Origin: Escherichia coli
GTDB taxonomy: Bacteria; Pseudomonadota; Gammaproteobacteria; Enterobacterales; Enterobacteriaceae
Assembly (NCBI RefSeq): GCF_003334255.1
Contig: NZ_QOWU01000004.1
DNA length: 64,000 nucleotides
Direction: 5' to 3' (one strand)
Positions 1-15,002 of the stretch are shown one piece after another. Every line of letters begins with the position of its first letter. Position 1 is the stretch's first letter. Below the pieces are notes generated by a model. That model saw only the letters and a program-made list of their open reading frames with translations, had not been told where the DNA came from and made no database searches. The position numbers were made by a program, and so were the translations under genes.

Positions 1-269
<269 letters not shown>

Positions 270-282
270 TTAACCCTTAGGC

Positions 283-2409
<2,127 letters not shown>

Positions 2410-2493
2410 TTATCTTTTAGGCGTTCAATTTAAGTAGCCCAAAGCGGGCTGCTTACTGGAAGCGCCCGCCTGGTGACTAAAACTCCGAAGGGA

Positions 2494-2979
<486 letters not shown>

Positions 2980-3060
2980 TTAATTCAGGATTGTCCAAAA
3001 CTCTACGAGTTTAGTTTGACATTTAAGTTAAAACGTTTGGCCTTACTTAACGGAGAACCA

Positions 3061-3538
<478 letters not shown>

Positions 3539-3560
3539 GAAATATACAACGATCCCGCCA

Positions 3561-3848
3561 TCACCAGGCCATCTGGCTGGGGTGCTTAACCGTAAGTCTG
3601 ACGAAATCAGTATAGTCAATGAGAATGATGTCGTTCGAAATTTGACCAGTCAAACCGCGGGCAATAAGGTCTTCGTTCAGGGCATAGACCTTAATGGGGG
3701 CATTACGCAGACTTTCAAGGTAGCGGTTACCGTCAACTGCGGCAGTTACGCCATCTTGCAATAATAGCAGTTCGTCTCCTTCACTGAGCAGACGCAGCAG
3801 CGCAGCAAAATCCGTCAGCCAGGGTGAGCGATGTAATGTGTGCAGCAT
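3561..3848 (-). CDS. tusB: tRNA 2-thiouridine synthesis sulfur-relay protein TusB (95 aa)
   Basis: ORF track; [21 protein letters not shown]...; DsrH-like small protein in tusDCB order. Confidence 0.9.
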   Translation of the reverse strand: MLHTLHRSPWLTDFAALLRLLSEGDELLLLQDGVTAAVDGNRYLESLRNAPIKVYALNEDLIARGLTGQISNDIILIDYTDFVRLTVKHPSQMAW

Positions 3849-3855
3849 AAACGCC

Positions 3856-4214
3856 TCAAAACCTCAAAATAACATCGTAGTTGGCGAGTTCGCGGCGTAA
3901 GGCATCTGCTTCGAGCGGCGTGGCTTCGACAACAAAGGGTGTCTGCGGATCTAACCCGCGTTCGCGCAGTGAAGCCGCACAAACCCAGCACTGTTCAATG
4001 TCGTACAGACCCAACAATTTAAAAGTGGCAATGTAATCACGCGCCAGCACTGCATCGGGCTTTTGTCCTGGCAGCAGCTGAAAAACGCCATCAGCTATAA
4101 AGAAGACAGCCAGATCGTCAGTTAATGCGGAAGTTGCCAGTAAAGCATCTAAACCTTCCCGGCCTGCGGCTGTACCATGAGGTGCAGTAGAAAAAACAAA
4201 CGCAATTCGTTTCA

Positions 4215-4215
<1 letters not shown>
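3856..4215 (-). CDS. tusC: Sulfur-relay protein TusC (119 aa)
   Basis: ORF track; [26 protein letters not shown]..., DsrF-like; start overlaps tusD stop. Confidence 0.9.
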
Positions 4216-5323
<1,108 letters not shown>

Positions 5324-5452
5324 GAAAAAAAACACTCCTTTTCAGGAGCCTGTCGTTAACTTTTCAGGGCAGGCTCATTAATGATGCGGGTAACTAAATT
5401 AATACAGCGGAGGTTCCGCTTTCCAGCACTAATTATATCCGGCCTGTAATAA

Positions 5453-5485
5453 AAAAACCGCCGCCTGGTCAGGCGGCGGTTCTTA
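5453..5485 (-). terminator. Rho-independent terminator downstream of fkpA
   Basis: Minus-strand hairpin ccgccgcctgaccaggcggcgg followed by T8 run. Confidence 0.75.
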
Positions 5486-5489
5486 ATGC

Positions 5490-6302
5490 TTATTTTTTAG
5501 CAGAATCTGCGGCTTTCGCATCAGCTTCCGGCTTTGCATCAGCCTTCGGCGCTGGTTTCACATCCAGCAGCTCTACGTCAAACACCAGGGTAGAATTCGG
5601 TGGGATCCCCGGAACACCCGCTTTGCCGTAAGCCAGTTCTGGTGGAATAACCAGTTTGATCTTACCGCCTTTCTTGATGTTCTTCAGACCTTCTGTCCAA
5701 CCCGGGATAACACCGTCCAGACGGAAAGAAAGCGGTTCACCACGGGTGTAAGAGTTGTCGAACTCTTTACCGTCGATCAGCGTACCTTTGTAGTTCACTA
5801 CAACAGTATCGCTGTCTTTCGGTGCTTCGCCTTTACCGGCTTCTACTACCTGATAAACCAGACCAGTTGAAGAGGTTTTCACACCTTTCTCTTTGGCAAA
5901 TTTCTCGCGGTACTCTTTACCTTTTGCTTCGTTATCAGCCGCGTCTTTTTCCATCTTCGCCTGAGCAGAAGACTTCACGCGAGCTTCGAATGCTTGTAGA
6001 GTCTGTTCGATCTCTTGGTCGGAGAGTTTGCTCTTATCAGCAAATGCATCCTGAACACCAGCGATCAGCTGATCTTTATCCAGTTTGATGCCCAGTTTTT
6101 CTTGTTCTTTTAGAGAGTTTTCCATGTAACGACCCAGCGAGGCACCCAGTGCATAAGCTGATTTCTGATCGTCATTTTTGAACGCTGCTTTGCTGTCAGC
6201 AGCTGTAGCAGGTTTTGCAGCTTCAGCAGCAAAAGTGATTGGTGCATGCAGGGCAACGGCCATTGTGGTCGCCAGCAGCGTTACTTTAAACAGTGATTTC
6301 AT
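5490..6302 (-). CDS. fkpA: Periplasmic FKBP-type peptidyl-prolyl cis-trans isomerase FkpA (270 aa)
   Basis: ORF track; signal peptide MKSLFKVTLLATTMAVALHAPITFA; C-terminal FKBP domain (...GVIPGWTEGLKNIKKGGKIKLVIPPELAYG). Confidence 0.95.
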   Translation of the reverse strand: MKSLFKVTLLATTMAVALHAPITFAAEAAKPATAADSKAAFKNDDQKSAYALGASLGRYMENSLKEQEKLGIKLDKDQLIAGVQDAFADKSKLSDQEIEQTLQAFEARVKSSAQAKMEKDAADNEAKGKEYREKFAKEKGVKTSSTGLVYQVVEAGKGEAPKDSDTVVVNYKGTLIDGKEFDNSYTRGEPLSFRLDGVIPGWTEGLKNIKKGGKIKLVIPPELAYGKAGVPGIPPNSTLVFDVELLDVKPAPKADAKPEADAKAADSAKK

Positions 6303-6522
6303 CCATATCTCCAGGATCGGGGCATCTCACCCCAGGGTTAACTATTATCAGAAGGGTACTATAAAGCGTTGTCGAACAAATCTACATACAGACACGCCCT
6401 ATTATCATCTATTTTCAGACTCTTTTTGTTTAAATTAGTTTCGATGACCGCGAAATGAGTGCTGTCTCGGGCAGCAAAGTTAAGTAGAATCCGCGGCGAC
6501 CATTCGACAAAAGAGGTGAATC

Positions 6523-6741
6523 ATGCAGGATTTATCATTGGAAGCACGCCTGGCAGAGCTGGAGAGCCGACTGGCTTTTCAGGAAATCACCATTGAAGAA
6601 CTGAACGTCACGGTGACCGCTCATGAAATGGAGATGGCGAAACTGCGCGATCATCTGCGTCTGCTGACCGAGAAGTTAAAAGCCAGCCAGCCGTCGAACA
6701 TCGCGTCGCAGGCTGAAGAAACGCCACCGCCACATTATTGA
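6523..6741 (+). CDS. slyX: Protein SlyX (72 aa, coiled-coil)
   Basis: ORF track; [28 protein letters not shown]... Confidence 0.9.
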
Positions 6742-6745
6742 GGCG

Positions 6746-6776
6746 TAAAAAAAGCGGGGATTCCCCGCTTTTTTGT
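6746..6776. terminator. Bidirectional rho-independent terminator between convergent slyX and slyD
   Basis: A7-gcggggattccccgc-T6: perfect hairpin flanked by A-run and T-run. Confidence 0.8.
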
Positions 6777-6789
6777 CACTTTTTCGGTA

Positions 6790-7380
6790 TTAGTGGCAAC
6801 CGCAACCGCCGTTGCCTTTACCGCCACAGCAGCCTTCGCCACCGTGTTCATGACCGTGATCGTGGCCATGACCGCCGCAGCAACCGTCGTGGTCGTGATC
6901 GTGGTGGTGATCGTGCGCGCCGTGAACGTGACCATGAGCCAGTTCTTCTTCAGTCGCTTCGCGAATCGCCACAACTTCAACGTTGAATTTCAGGTTCTGA
7001 CCGGCCAGCATGTGGTTACCATCAACCACGACGTGATCGTCTTCAACCGCAGTGATTTCAACCGGTACCGGACCCTGGTCGGTTTCAGCCAGGAAACGCA
7101 TACCTACCTGCAGTTCATCAACGCCCATAAATACGTCTTTAGGAACACGTTGCACCAGGTTTTCGTCGTACTGACCGTAAGCGTCGTTCGCGCCAACAGC
7201 GACATCAAATTTGTCGCCAACTTCATGACCTTCCAGCGCCGTTTCCAGGCCAGAGATCAGGGAACCGTGACCATGCAGGTAGTCCAGCGGCGCACTCACC
7301 GGAGACTCATCAACCAACACACCGTCTTCTGTACGTACCTGATAGGCCAGGCTGACCACCAGGTCTTTTGCTACTTTCAT
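6790..7380 (-). CDS. slyD: FKBP-type PPIase / metallochaperone SlyD (196 aa) with His/Cys-rich C-terminal tail
   Basis: ORF track; MKVAKDLVVSLAYQVRTEDGVLVDESP...; tail HGHVHGAHDHHHDHDHDGCCGGHGHDHGHEHGGEGCCGG. Confidence 0.95.
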   Translation of the reverse strand: MKVAKDLVVSLAYQVRTEDGVLVDESPVSAPLDYLHGHGSLISGLETALEGHEVGDKFDVAVGANDAYGQYDENLVQRVPKDVFMGVDELQVGMRFLAETDQGPVPVEITAVEDDHVVVDGNHMLAGQNLKFNVEVVAIREATEEELAHGHVHGAHDHHHDHDHDGCCGGHGHDHGHEHGGEGCCGGKGNGGCGCH

Positions 7381-7474
7381 GATATCTCCTGAGCATGGGA
7401 AGAATAGTGGCGCAGATTGTAGCGGAATTCTGCAGCCGTGTACTCACTAGCTTAAAAAAACTCGGCGCATATCG

Positions 7475-7675
7475 CTAGTCCGGATGAAAAATCCCGATCA
7501 CTTGCTCATCTTTGCGAACGTGATCGCGGGCTTCTTTGTCTGCTTCTCGCATCTGATGTCCGCACTTAACACATTCAACAATATCAATATTATTTTCGCG
7601 CCACATCGCCATTGAATCCTGCGCCTGACAGGCCGGGCATTTTGCGCCCGCAATAAAACGTTTTCGGATTGCCAT
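7475..7675 (-). CDS. yheV: Small zinc-ribbon protein YheV (66 aa)
   Basis: ORF track; CPACQ...CVKCGH double CxxC pair; immediately downstream of kefB. Confidence 0.85.
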   Translation of the reverse strand: MAIRKRFIAGAKCPACQAQDSMAMWRENNIDIVECVKCGHQMREADKEARDHVRKDEQVIGIFHPD

Positions 7676-7684
7676 CTTTACCCT

Positions 7685-9490
7685 CTACTCAAATTCATCC
7701 CAGCCGTCCAGCTGGCGTCGTTCTTGTTGCATTTCACGCTGGAAAATCTCTTCCAGTTCGCGTCGGGCTTCCCTGGCGCGAGAAATTTGTACGGTATCGG
7801 CATGCATTGGGATGAGCTCTCGCAGCATCCGCATATCCAGGCGGCGAAAATGCAGTTGCGCTCGCTGTGCCTGATGCGGATGCATGCCAAGCGTGACCAG
7901 CGTCTTGCGCCCCAGCTCTAACGCACTGGAGAATGTTTCACGGGAAAACTGCGTCACCCCTGCCTGTAATAACTCATGCGCTTCCACACGTCCGCGCGCT
8001 CGCGCAAGAATATGCAAATGCGGAAAGTGCTGTTGGCATATTTCCACCAGCTTCATGGTGTCTTCCGGCTCGTTACAGGTAATGACGATAGACTCAGCGG
8101 CCTCTGCACCCGCAGAACGTAAAAGATCGACCTGCGTGGCGTCGCCGTAATAAACTTTGTAGCCGTATTTACGCATCAGGTTAACGGCGCTGATATCCCG
8201 CTCCAGCACGGTAATGCGCATTTTATTTGCCATCAGCAAACGACCAATCACCTGACCAAAACGCCCGAAGCCCACGACAATGACCTGGGGTTTATCATCG
8301 TTGACCCACGGTTTTTCGTCTTCTTCTTCCGGTCCGTTAAACTGGCGGGATAGCCATTTATCCACCAGCTTCATCAGCAACGGCGTGGTCATCATGGAAA
8401 GCGTCACCGTCACCAGCAACAACGCCATCTGGTCGCCCTGGAATAAGCGTTGTGAAGAAGCGGTAGAAAAGAGGACAAAGGCAAACTCACCACCCTGACT
8501 CAACACGCCAGCAAACTGCATCCGCTCTGAGCTACGCACGCCATACAATCGCGCCAGCAGATACAGCACGAGAATTTTCACCGCCACCAGCACAACCACG
8601 CTTATCACTACCCACAACAGATGGGTATAAAGCACCCCGAGGTTGAGTGACATGCCGACAGAGATAAAGAACAAACCGAGCAGCAAGCCTTTGAAGGGAT
8701 CGATAGCCGTTTCCAGTTCATGGCGATATTCACTTTCCGCCAGCAGCACGCCCGCAATAAATGTACCGAGCGCCATCGACAGCCCCAGCGCATCCATAAA
8801 CAATGCGGAACCCAACACCAGCAGCAGCGTCGCGGCGGTGAACACTTCCCGCACGCCAGAAGCTGCAATAAAGCGGAATACCGGACGCAGTAAATAGCGC
8901 CCACCAATCAGCATGCCGACAAACGCCAGCACCTTCATGCCGACCTTCATCCAGTCGAAATGTTCGTCTGCCGCCCCCGCCAACAACGGCACTAACGCCA
9001 GTGCTGGGATTACTGCCAGATCCTGAAACAGCAGAACCGAAAACCCGAGCTGGCCGGATTCGCTGCGATTCATCCCTTTCTCACGCATCAATTGCAACGC
9101 CATTGCAGTTGAAGACATCGCAAGGCCAATGCCACCGACCACCGCCGCCTGCCAGGCGAAATCCGTCAGCATCAATAATCCCGCCAGCAACGCCGCGCTT
9201 AACAGCACCTGTGCCGCGCCTACGCCAAAAATCGAACGCCGCAGTTGCCAAAGTTTGGAGGGATTCAACTCAAGGCCGATGATAAACATCAGGAATACCA
9301 CGCCGAGTTCCGAAAAGTGGAGGATCTCATCGACGTCGCTAATAAACCCCAGCCCCCACGGGCCAATTGCAATCCCTGCCAGCAAATATCCCAACACAGC
9401 GCCAATACCCAGCCGCGATGCCAGCGGCACCGCAGCCACCGCCGCGAAGAGAAACAGCACTCCTGCGAGTAAAAAATCGGAACCTTCCAT
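7685..9490 (-). CDS. kefB: Glutathione-regulated K+ efflux antiporter KefB (601 aa)
   Basis: ORF track; N-terminal multi-TM cation:proton antiporter domain, C-terminal KTN/RCK Rossmann motif [14 protein letters not shown]. Confidence 0.95.
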   Translation of the reverse strand: MEGSDFLLAGVLFLFAAVAAVPLASRLGIGAVLGYLLAGIAIGPWGLGFISDVDEILHFSELGVVFLMFIIGLELNPSKLWQLRRSIFGVGAAQVLLSAALLAGLLMLTDFAWQAAVVGGIGLAMSSTAMALQLMREKGMNRSESGQLGFSVLLFQDLAVIPALALVPLLAGAADEHFDWMKVGMKVLAFVGMLIGGRYLLRPVFRFIAASGVREVFTAATLLLVLGSALFMDALGLSMALGTFIAGVLLAESEYRHELETAIDPFKGLLLGLFFISVGMSLNLGVLYTHLLWVVISVVVLVAVKILVLYLLARLYGVRSSERMQFAGVLSQGGEFAFVLFSTASSQRLFQGDQMALLLVTVTLSMMTTPLLMKLVDKWLSRQFNGPEEEDEKPWVNDDKPQVIVVGFGRFGQVIGRLLMANKMRITVLERDISAVNLMRKYGYKVYYGDATQVDLLRSAGAEAAESIVITCNEPEDTMKLVEICQQHFPHLHILARARGRVEAHELLQAGVTQFSRETFSSALELGRKTLVTLGMHPHQAQRAQLHFRRLDMRMLRELIPMHADTVQISRAREARRELEEIFQREMQQERRQLDGWDEFE

Positions 9491-10044
9491 CAGCGGCCTC
9501 CTGGAGACAGCGGATTTGCCAGCCAGTCACCGTAGGCTCTGGCGTGGCTCGCCAGCTCCTGTGCGCTTTGCCGTCTCGCCCAGTAAATAATGATGGGACT
9601 TAACCAATGCATCCGGCACATGCCCGCCGCCAGTTCAAAGGGGCACAGCACATCGCTCATCGGGTAGCGATTCAGCGCGTCATAACGGTAAGCACTTTCC
9701 GGCTCGCCGGTGGTAATCACGCTACGCCAGTACTTTCCCGCCAGTTGGTTTCCTCCCGGCCCGCTGGCAAAACCACGACTTAATACCCGGTCCAGCCACT
9801 CTTTCAGTAGCGCCGGGCAGCTATAGGTATAAAGAGGATGCTGAAAGACAATCACCTCGTGCTCGCGCAGTAATGCCTGCTCACGGGGGATATCAATAAA
9901 AAAATCGGGATAGTGCGCGTAAAGGTCGTGCACGGTAACATTGCTGAGCTGCGTGGCCGGTTTAAGCAGTACCCGGTTTGCCACCGAGTCCTGAGATTCC
10001 GGATGGGCATACAGCAGCAAAACTTTCGCTGGCTGAGACATCAT
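9490..10044 (-). CDS. kefG: KefB ancillary protein KefG, flavodoxin-like quinone oxidoreductase fold (184 aa)
   Basis: ORF track; [27 protein letters not shown]...; stop overlaps kefB start. Confidence 0.92.
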   Translation of the reverse strand: MMSQPAKVLLLYAHPESQDSVANRVLLKPATQLSNVTVHDLYAHYPDFFIDIPREQALLREHEVIVFQHPLYTYSCPALLKEWLDRVLSRGFASGPGGNQLAGKYWRSVITTGEPESAYRYDALNRYPMSDVLCPFELAAGMCRMHWLSPIIIYWARRQSAQELASHARAYGDWLANPLSPGGR

Positions 10045-10171
10045 CCCCCTCCCGGTATGGTTTTTGTGTATAGTCGCTGTTTTGGGCTACCATTGCGCCC
10101 GGTGCGGCAGCTCGCCCATACATTACATTATCATAATGATAAGTTAACATAGTCTGAACATACGGCACCTT

Positions 10172-12085
10172 ATGATTGTTTTCTCCTCGTTACAAATTCG
10201 TCGCGGCGTGCGCGTCCTGCTGGATAATGCCACCGCCACCATCAACCCTGGGCAGAAAGTCGGCCTGGTGGGTAAAAACGGCTGTGGTAAATCTACCCTG
10301 CTGGCATTGCTGAAAAATGAAATCAGCGCCGACGGCGGCAGCTACACCTTTCCGGGAAGCTGGCAACTGGCGTGGGTGAATCAGGAAACGCCGGCGTTAC
10401 CGCAAGCGGCGCTGGAATATGTCATTGACGGCGACCGTGAATATCGTCAACTAGAAGCGCAGCTACACGACGCCAACGAACGTAACGACGGGCACGCCAT
10501 TGCGACCATTCATGGCAAGCTGGATGCTATTGACGCATGGAGTATTCGCTCCCGTGCTGCCAGCCTGCTGCACGGCCTCGGTTTCAGCAATGAACAACTG
10601 GAGCGCCCGGTAAGTGATTTTTCCGGGGGCTGGCGTATGCGTCTTAACCTTGCCCAGGCGCTGATTTGCCGTTCAGACTTGCTGCTGCTCGACGAACCGA
10701 CTAACCACCTCGATCTCGATGCCGTTATCTGGCTGGAAAAATGGCTGAAGAGCTATCAGGGCACGCTGATCCTGATCTCTCACGACCGCGACTTCCTCGA
10801 TCCGATCGTCGATAAAATTATTCATATCGAACAACAAAGCATGTTCGAGTACACCGGCAACTACAGTTCGTTTGAAGTACAGCGCGCCACCCGTCTGGCG
10901 CAGCAACAAGCGATGTACGAAAGCCAGCAGGAACGCGTAGCGCATCTGCAAAGTTATATCGACCGTTTCCGTGCCAAAGCCACCAAAGCGAAGCAGGCCC
11001 AGAGCCGCATTAAGATGCTCGAGCGTATGGAGCTAATTGCCCCCGCGCACGTCGACAACCCGTTCCGCTTTAGCTTCCGCGCGCCGGAAAGCCTGCCAAA
11101 TCCGTTACTGAAGATGGAAAAAGTCAGCGCGGGCTATGGCGATCGCATTATTCTCGACTCGATTAAACTGAACCTGGTGCCCGGCTCGCGTATTGGTCTG
11201 TTAGGCCGCAATGGCGCGGGTAAATCGACATTAATCAAACTGTTAGCCGGTGAACTTGCGCCAGTCAGCGGTGAAATTGGTCTGGCGAAAGGGATCAAAC
11301 TCGGCTACTTCGCCCAGCATCAACTTGAATACCTGCGCGCCGACGAATCACCTATTCAACATCTGGCACGTTTAGCGCCGCAGGAGCTGGAACAAAAACT
11401 GCGTGACTACCTCGGCGGCTTTGGTTTCCAGGGCGATAAAGTAACCGAAGAAACGCGCCGCTTCTCCGGTGGGGAAAAAGCCCGCCTGGTGCTGGCATTA
11501 ATTGTCTGGCAGCGGCCGAATCTGCTGCTGCTCGACGAACCGACTAACCACCTTGACCTCGACATGCGTCAGGCACTCACCGAAGCATTAATCGAGTTTG
11601 AAGGCGCGCTGGTTGTCGTTTCGCACGACCGTCATTTGCTGCGTTCCACCACTGACGATCTCTACCTGGTTCACGATCGTAAAGTCGAACCGTTCGACGG
11701 CGATCTGGAAGATTATCAACAGTGGTTGAGCGACGTACAAAAGCAGGAAAACCAGACCGACGAAGCGCCAAAAGAGAATGCGAACAGCGCCCAGGCACGT
11801 AAAGATCAGAAGCGTCGGGAAGCTGAGCTGCGTGCGCAAACCCAGCCACTGCGTAAAGAGATTGCCCGTCTGGAAAAAGAGATGGAGAAGCTGAACGCGC
11901 AACTGGCGCAGGCGGAAGAGAAACTCGGCGACAGCGAACTGTATGACCAGAGCCGTAAAGCGGAGTTGACCGCCTGCCTGCAACAGCAAGCCAGCGCCAA
12001 ATCCGGCCTGGAAGAGTGCGAAATGGCATGGCTGGAAGCCCAGGAGCAGCTTGAGCAGATGCTGCTGGAAGGCCAAAGCAACTGA
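10172..12085 (+). CDS. yheS: ABC-F family ATPase YheS (two ABC cassettes, no TM domain; 637 aa)
   Basis: ORF track; Walker A motifs GKNGCGKST and GRNGAGKST, two LSGG-type signatures, charged coiled-coil C-terminus. Confidence 0.93.
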   Translation: MIVFSSLQIRRGVRVLLDNATATINPGQKVGLVGKNGCGKSTLLALLKNEISADGGSYTFPGSWQLAWVNQETPALPQAALEYVIDGDREYRQLEAQLHDANERNDGHAIATIHGKLDAIDAWSIRSRAASLLHGLGFSNEQLERPVSDFSGGWRMRLNLAQALICRSDLLLLDEPTNHLDLDAVIWLEKWLKSYQGTLILISHDRDFLDPIVDKIIHIEQQSMFEYTGNYSSFEVQRATRLAQQQAMYESQQERVAHLQSYIDRFRAKATKAKQAQSRIKMLERMELIAPAHVDNPFRFSFRAPESLPNPLLKMEKVSAGYGDRIILDSIKLNLVPGSRIGLLGRNGAGKSTLIKLLAGELAPVSGEIGLAKGIKLGYFAQHQLEYLRADESPIQHLARLAPQELEQKLRDYLGGFGFQGDKVTEETRRFSGGEKARLVLALIVWQRPNLLLLDEPTNHLDLDMRQALTEALIEFEGALVVVSHDRHLLRSTTDDLYLVHDRKVEPFDGDLEDYQQWLSDVQKQENQTDEAPKENANSAQARKDQKRREAELRAQTQPLRKEIARLEKEMEKLNAQLAQAEEKLGDSELYDQSRKAELTACLQQQASAKSGLEECEMAWLEAQEQLEQMLLEGQSN

Positions 12086-13107
12086 TGGCGCAGATAACGA
12101 CGACCGATGCCAATGAATTCAGCAGCAGTGCTGAATTCATCCCCATGCGCGGCTTTAGCAATTGTCATCTGCAAACCATGCTGCCGCGTCTGTTTCGTCG
12201 TCAGGTGAAATTCACCCCGTACTGGCAGCGGCTGGAGTTGCCCGACGGCGATTTTGTCGATCTTGCGTGGAGTGAAAACCCTGCACAGGCGCAACATAAA
12301 CCTCGTCTGGTGGTGTTTCACGGGCTGGAAGGCAGTCTCAACAGCCCTTACGCCCACGGTCTGGTTGAGGCGGCGCAAAAGCGCGGCTGGCTGGGCGTGG
12401 TGATGCATTTTCGCGGATGCAGCGGTGAACCAAACCGTATGCACCGCATTTACCATTCGGGCGAAACCGAAGACGCCAGTTGGTTTTTACGCTGGCTGCA
12501 ACGCGAATTTGGTCATGCGCCAACGGCTGCCGTCGGCTATTCGCTCGGCGGTAATATGCTGGCCTGTTTGCTGGCAAAGGAAGGCAATGATCTCCCGGTT
12601 GATGCGGCGGTGATTGTCTCTGCGCCGTTTATGCTGGAAGCCTGTAGCTATCATATGGAAAAGGGCTTTTCCCGCGTTTATCAGCGTTACTTGCTGAACC
12701 TGTTAAAAGCCAATGCCGCGCGCAAGCTGGCAGCCTACCCCGGAACGCTGCCGATTAATCTCGCGCAGTTAAAATCGGTACGTCGCATCCGTGAATTTGA
12801 CGATCTCATCACCGCCAGAATTCACGGCTACGCCGACGCTATCGACTATTATCGTCAGTGTAGCGCCATGCCGATGCTGAACCGGATCGCCAAACCGACG
12901 CTGATTATTCACGCCAAAGACGATCCGTTTATGGATCATCAGGTGATCCCGAAACCGGAAAGTCTCCCCCCGCAGGTGGAGTATCAACTGACTGAACATG
13001 GCGGTCATGTTGGCTTTATTGGCGGTACATTACTTCATCCGCAAATGTGGCTGGAGTCACGCATTCCTGACTGGTTAACAACGTATCTGGAGGCGAAATC
13101 ATGTTGA
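12085..13107 (+). CDS. yheT: Alpha/beta-hydrolase fold protein YheT (340 aa)
   Basis: ORF track; nucleophile elbow GYSLGG (GxSxG); start overlaps yheS stop. Confidence 0.9.
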
Positions 13108-13319
13108 TTCCGTGGCAAGACCTCTCCCCCGAAACGCTGGAAAATTTAATTGAAAGCTTTGTGTTACGTGAAGGCACCGATTATGGTGAACATGAGCGTA
13201 CACTTGAACAGAAAGTCGCCGACGTCAAACGCCAGCTACAGTGCGGAGAAGCGGTGCTGGTATGGTCGGAGCTGCACGAAACGGTCAATATTATGCCGCG
13301 CAGTCAGTTTCGCGAATAA
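13101..13319 (+). CDS. yheU: Small conserved protein YheU (72 aa, UPF0270-type)
   Basis: ORF track; [29 protein letters not shown]...; overlaps yheT end by 7 nt. Confidence 0.85.
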
Positions 13320-13372
13320 CCTGCAACCGTCGGCGGACGAGATAATAATGATAGCTAAGTCATGGAGTTACT

Positions 13373-14242
13373 ATGTCTGCCAAACATCCGGTCATTGCGG
13401 TAACAGGATCCAGCGGCGCGGGGACCACCACCACCAGCCTCGCGTTTCGTAAAATATTCGCGCAGTTAAATCTGCATGCAGCTGAGGTGGAAGGCGACAG
13501 TTTTCACCGTTACACCCGCCCGGAAATGGACATGGCGATCCGCAAAGCGCGCGACGCCGGGCGGCATATCAGCTACTTCGGCCCCGAGGCTAACGACTTC
13601 GGCCTGCTGGAACAAACCTTCATTGAATACGGTCAGAGCGGCAAAGGGAAATCTCGCAAATATCTGCATACCTACGACGAAGCCGTACCGTGGAATCAGG
13701 TACCGGGGACATTCACCCCCTGGCAACCTTTACCGGAACCCACTGATGTACTGTTTTATGAAGGTTTACACGGCGGCGTAGTCACGCCACAGCATAACGT
13801 TGCGCAGCATGTGGACTTACTGGTCGGCGTGGTGCCTATCGTTAACCTTGAGTGGATTCAAAAACTGATCCGCGACACCAGCGAGCGCGGGCACTCACGA
13901 GAAGCAGTGATGGACTCAGTAGTGCGTTCAATGGAAGACTATATCAACTACATCACACCGCAGTTTTCCCGCACCCATCTTAACTTCCAGCGCGTTCCCA
14001 CCGTCGACACTTCAAACCCGTTCGCGGCAAAAGGTATCCCGTCGCTCGATGAAAGCTTTGTGGTGATCCATTTTCGTAATCTGGAAGGGATCGATTTCCC
14101 CTGGCTGCTGGCGATGTTGCAAGGCTCATTCATTTCCCACATCAATACGTTAGTGGTACCGGGCGGCAAAATGGGTCTGGCAATGGAATTAATTATGCTG
14201 CCGCTGGTGCAACGATTGATGGAAGGAAAGAAAATCGAGTAA
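13373..14242 (+). CDS. prkB: Phosphoribulokinase-homologue PrkB (P-loop kinase, 289 aa)
   Basis: ORF track; N-terminal P-loop VIAVTGSSGAGTTTTS typical of PRK/uridine kinase family. Confidence 0.9.
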   Translation: MSAKHPVIAVTGSSGAGTTTTSLAFRKIFAQLNLHAAEVEGDSFHRYTRPEMDMAIRKARDAGRHISYFGPEANDFGLLEQTFIEYGQSGKGKSRKYLHTYDEAVPWNQVPGTFTPWQPLPEPTDVLFYEGLHGGVVTPQHNVAQHVDLLVGVVPIVNLEWIQKLIRDTSERGHSREAVMDSVVRSMEDYINYITPQFSRTHLNFQRVPTVDTSNPFAAKGIPSLDESFVVIHFRNLEGIDFPWLLAMLQGSFISHINTLVVPGGKMGLAMELIMLPLVQRLMEGKKIE

Positions 14243-14254
14243 CTCTGCTATTAC

Positions 14255-14276
14255 GCCGGATAAAATACTATCCGGC
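14255..14276. terminator. Hairpin between convergent prkB and yhfA (candidate bidirectional terminator)
   Basis: Inverted repeat gccggata-aaatac-tatccggc. Confidence 0.5.
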
Positions 14277-14296
14277 TTCACAACGGGATAGTTAAG

Positions 14297-14701
14297 TCAC
14301 GCGGCAACCACTTCATACGAGTGAGTAATATTCACCGCTTTTTCCAGCATCAACGCCACTGAACAATATTTCTCGGCAGAGAGATCAACCGCACGCGCAA
14401 CCGCTGCGTCTTTCAGGTCGCGACCGGTGACGATAAAATGCAGATTAATGTGCGTAAACAGGCGTGGTGCCTCTTCGCGGCGTTCAGAGGTCAATTTTAC
14501 TTCACAATCGACCACATCCTGACGCCCTTTTTGCAGGATCGAAACCACATCGATGGCACTGCAACCACCCGCCGCCATCAACACCATTTCCATCGGACTT
14601 GGTGCTTTATCGCCTGAGTTGCCGTCCATTAAAATCTGATGACCAGAGGCGGATTCGCCCAGAAAAGTTAACCCTTCGACCCACTTCACTCGCGCTTGCA
14701 T
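14297..14701 (-). CDS. yhfA: OsmC/Ohr-family protein YhfA (134 aa)
   Basis: ORF track; MQARVKWVEGLTFLGESASGHQILMDG... with paired Cys (GGCSAID ... KYCSV). Confidence 0.9.
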   Translation of the reverse strand: MQARVKWVEGLTFLGESASGHQILMDGNSGDKAPSPMEMVLMAAGGCSAIDVVSILQKGRQDVVDCEVKLTSERREEAPRLFTHINLHFIVTGRDLKDAAVARAVDLSAEKYCSVALMLEKAVNITHSYEVVAA

Positions 14702-15002
14702 TTTTGCTACTCCACTGCGTCAATTTTCCTGACAGAGTACGCGTACTAACCAAATCGCGCAACGGAAGGCGACCTGGGTCATGCTGAAGCGAGACACCAG
14801 GAGACACAAAGCGAAAGCTATGCTAAAACAGTCAGGATGCTACAGTAATACATTGATGTACTGCATGTATGCAAAGGACGTCACATTACCGTGCAGTACA
14901 GTTGATAGCCCCTTCCCAGGTAGCGGGAAGCATATTTCGGCAATCCAGAGACAGCGGCGTTATCTGGCTCTGGAGAAAGCTTATAACAGAGGATAACCGC
15001 GC
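14702..15002 (+). promoter_or_regulatory. crp promoter and long 5' leader / divergent yhfA-crp control region
   Basis: 300-bp non-coding gap ahead of crp; contains a 9-bp perfect inverted repeat TGTACTGCA (14857-14865) / TGCAGTACA (14892-14900) flanking a TCACA half-site; exact TSS not determinable by eye. Confidence 0.6.

Noticed and set aside
6735-6990. Repetitive CAT/GAT-rich stretch with overlapping small ORFs on both strands
   Set aside because: It is the His/Asp/Gly/Cys-rich metal-binding tail of slyD; the periodicity reflects repeated His codons, not a repeat element.
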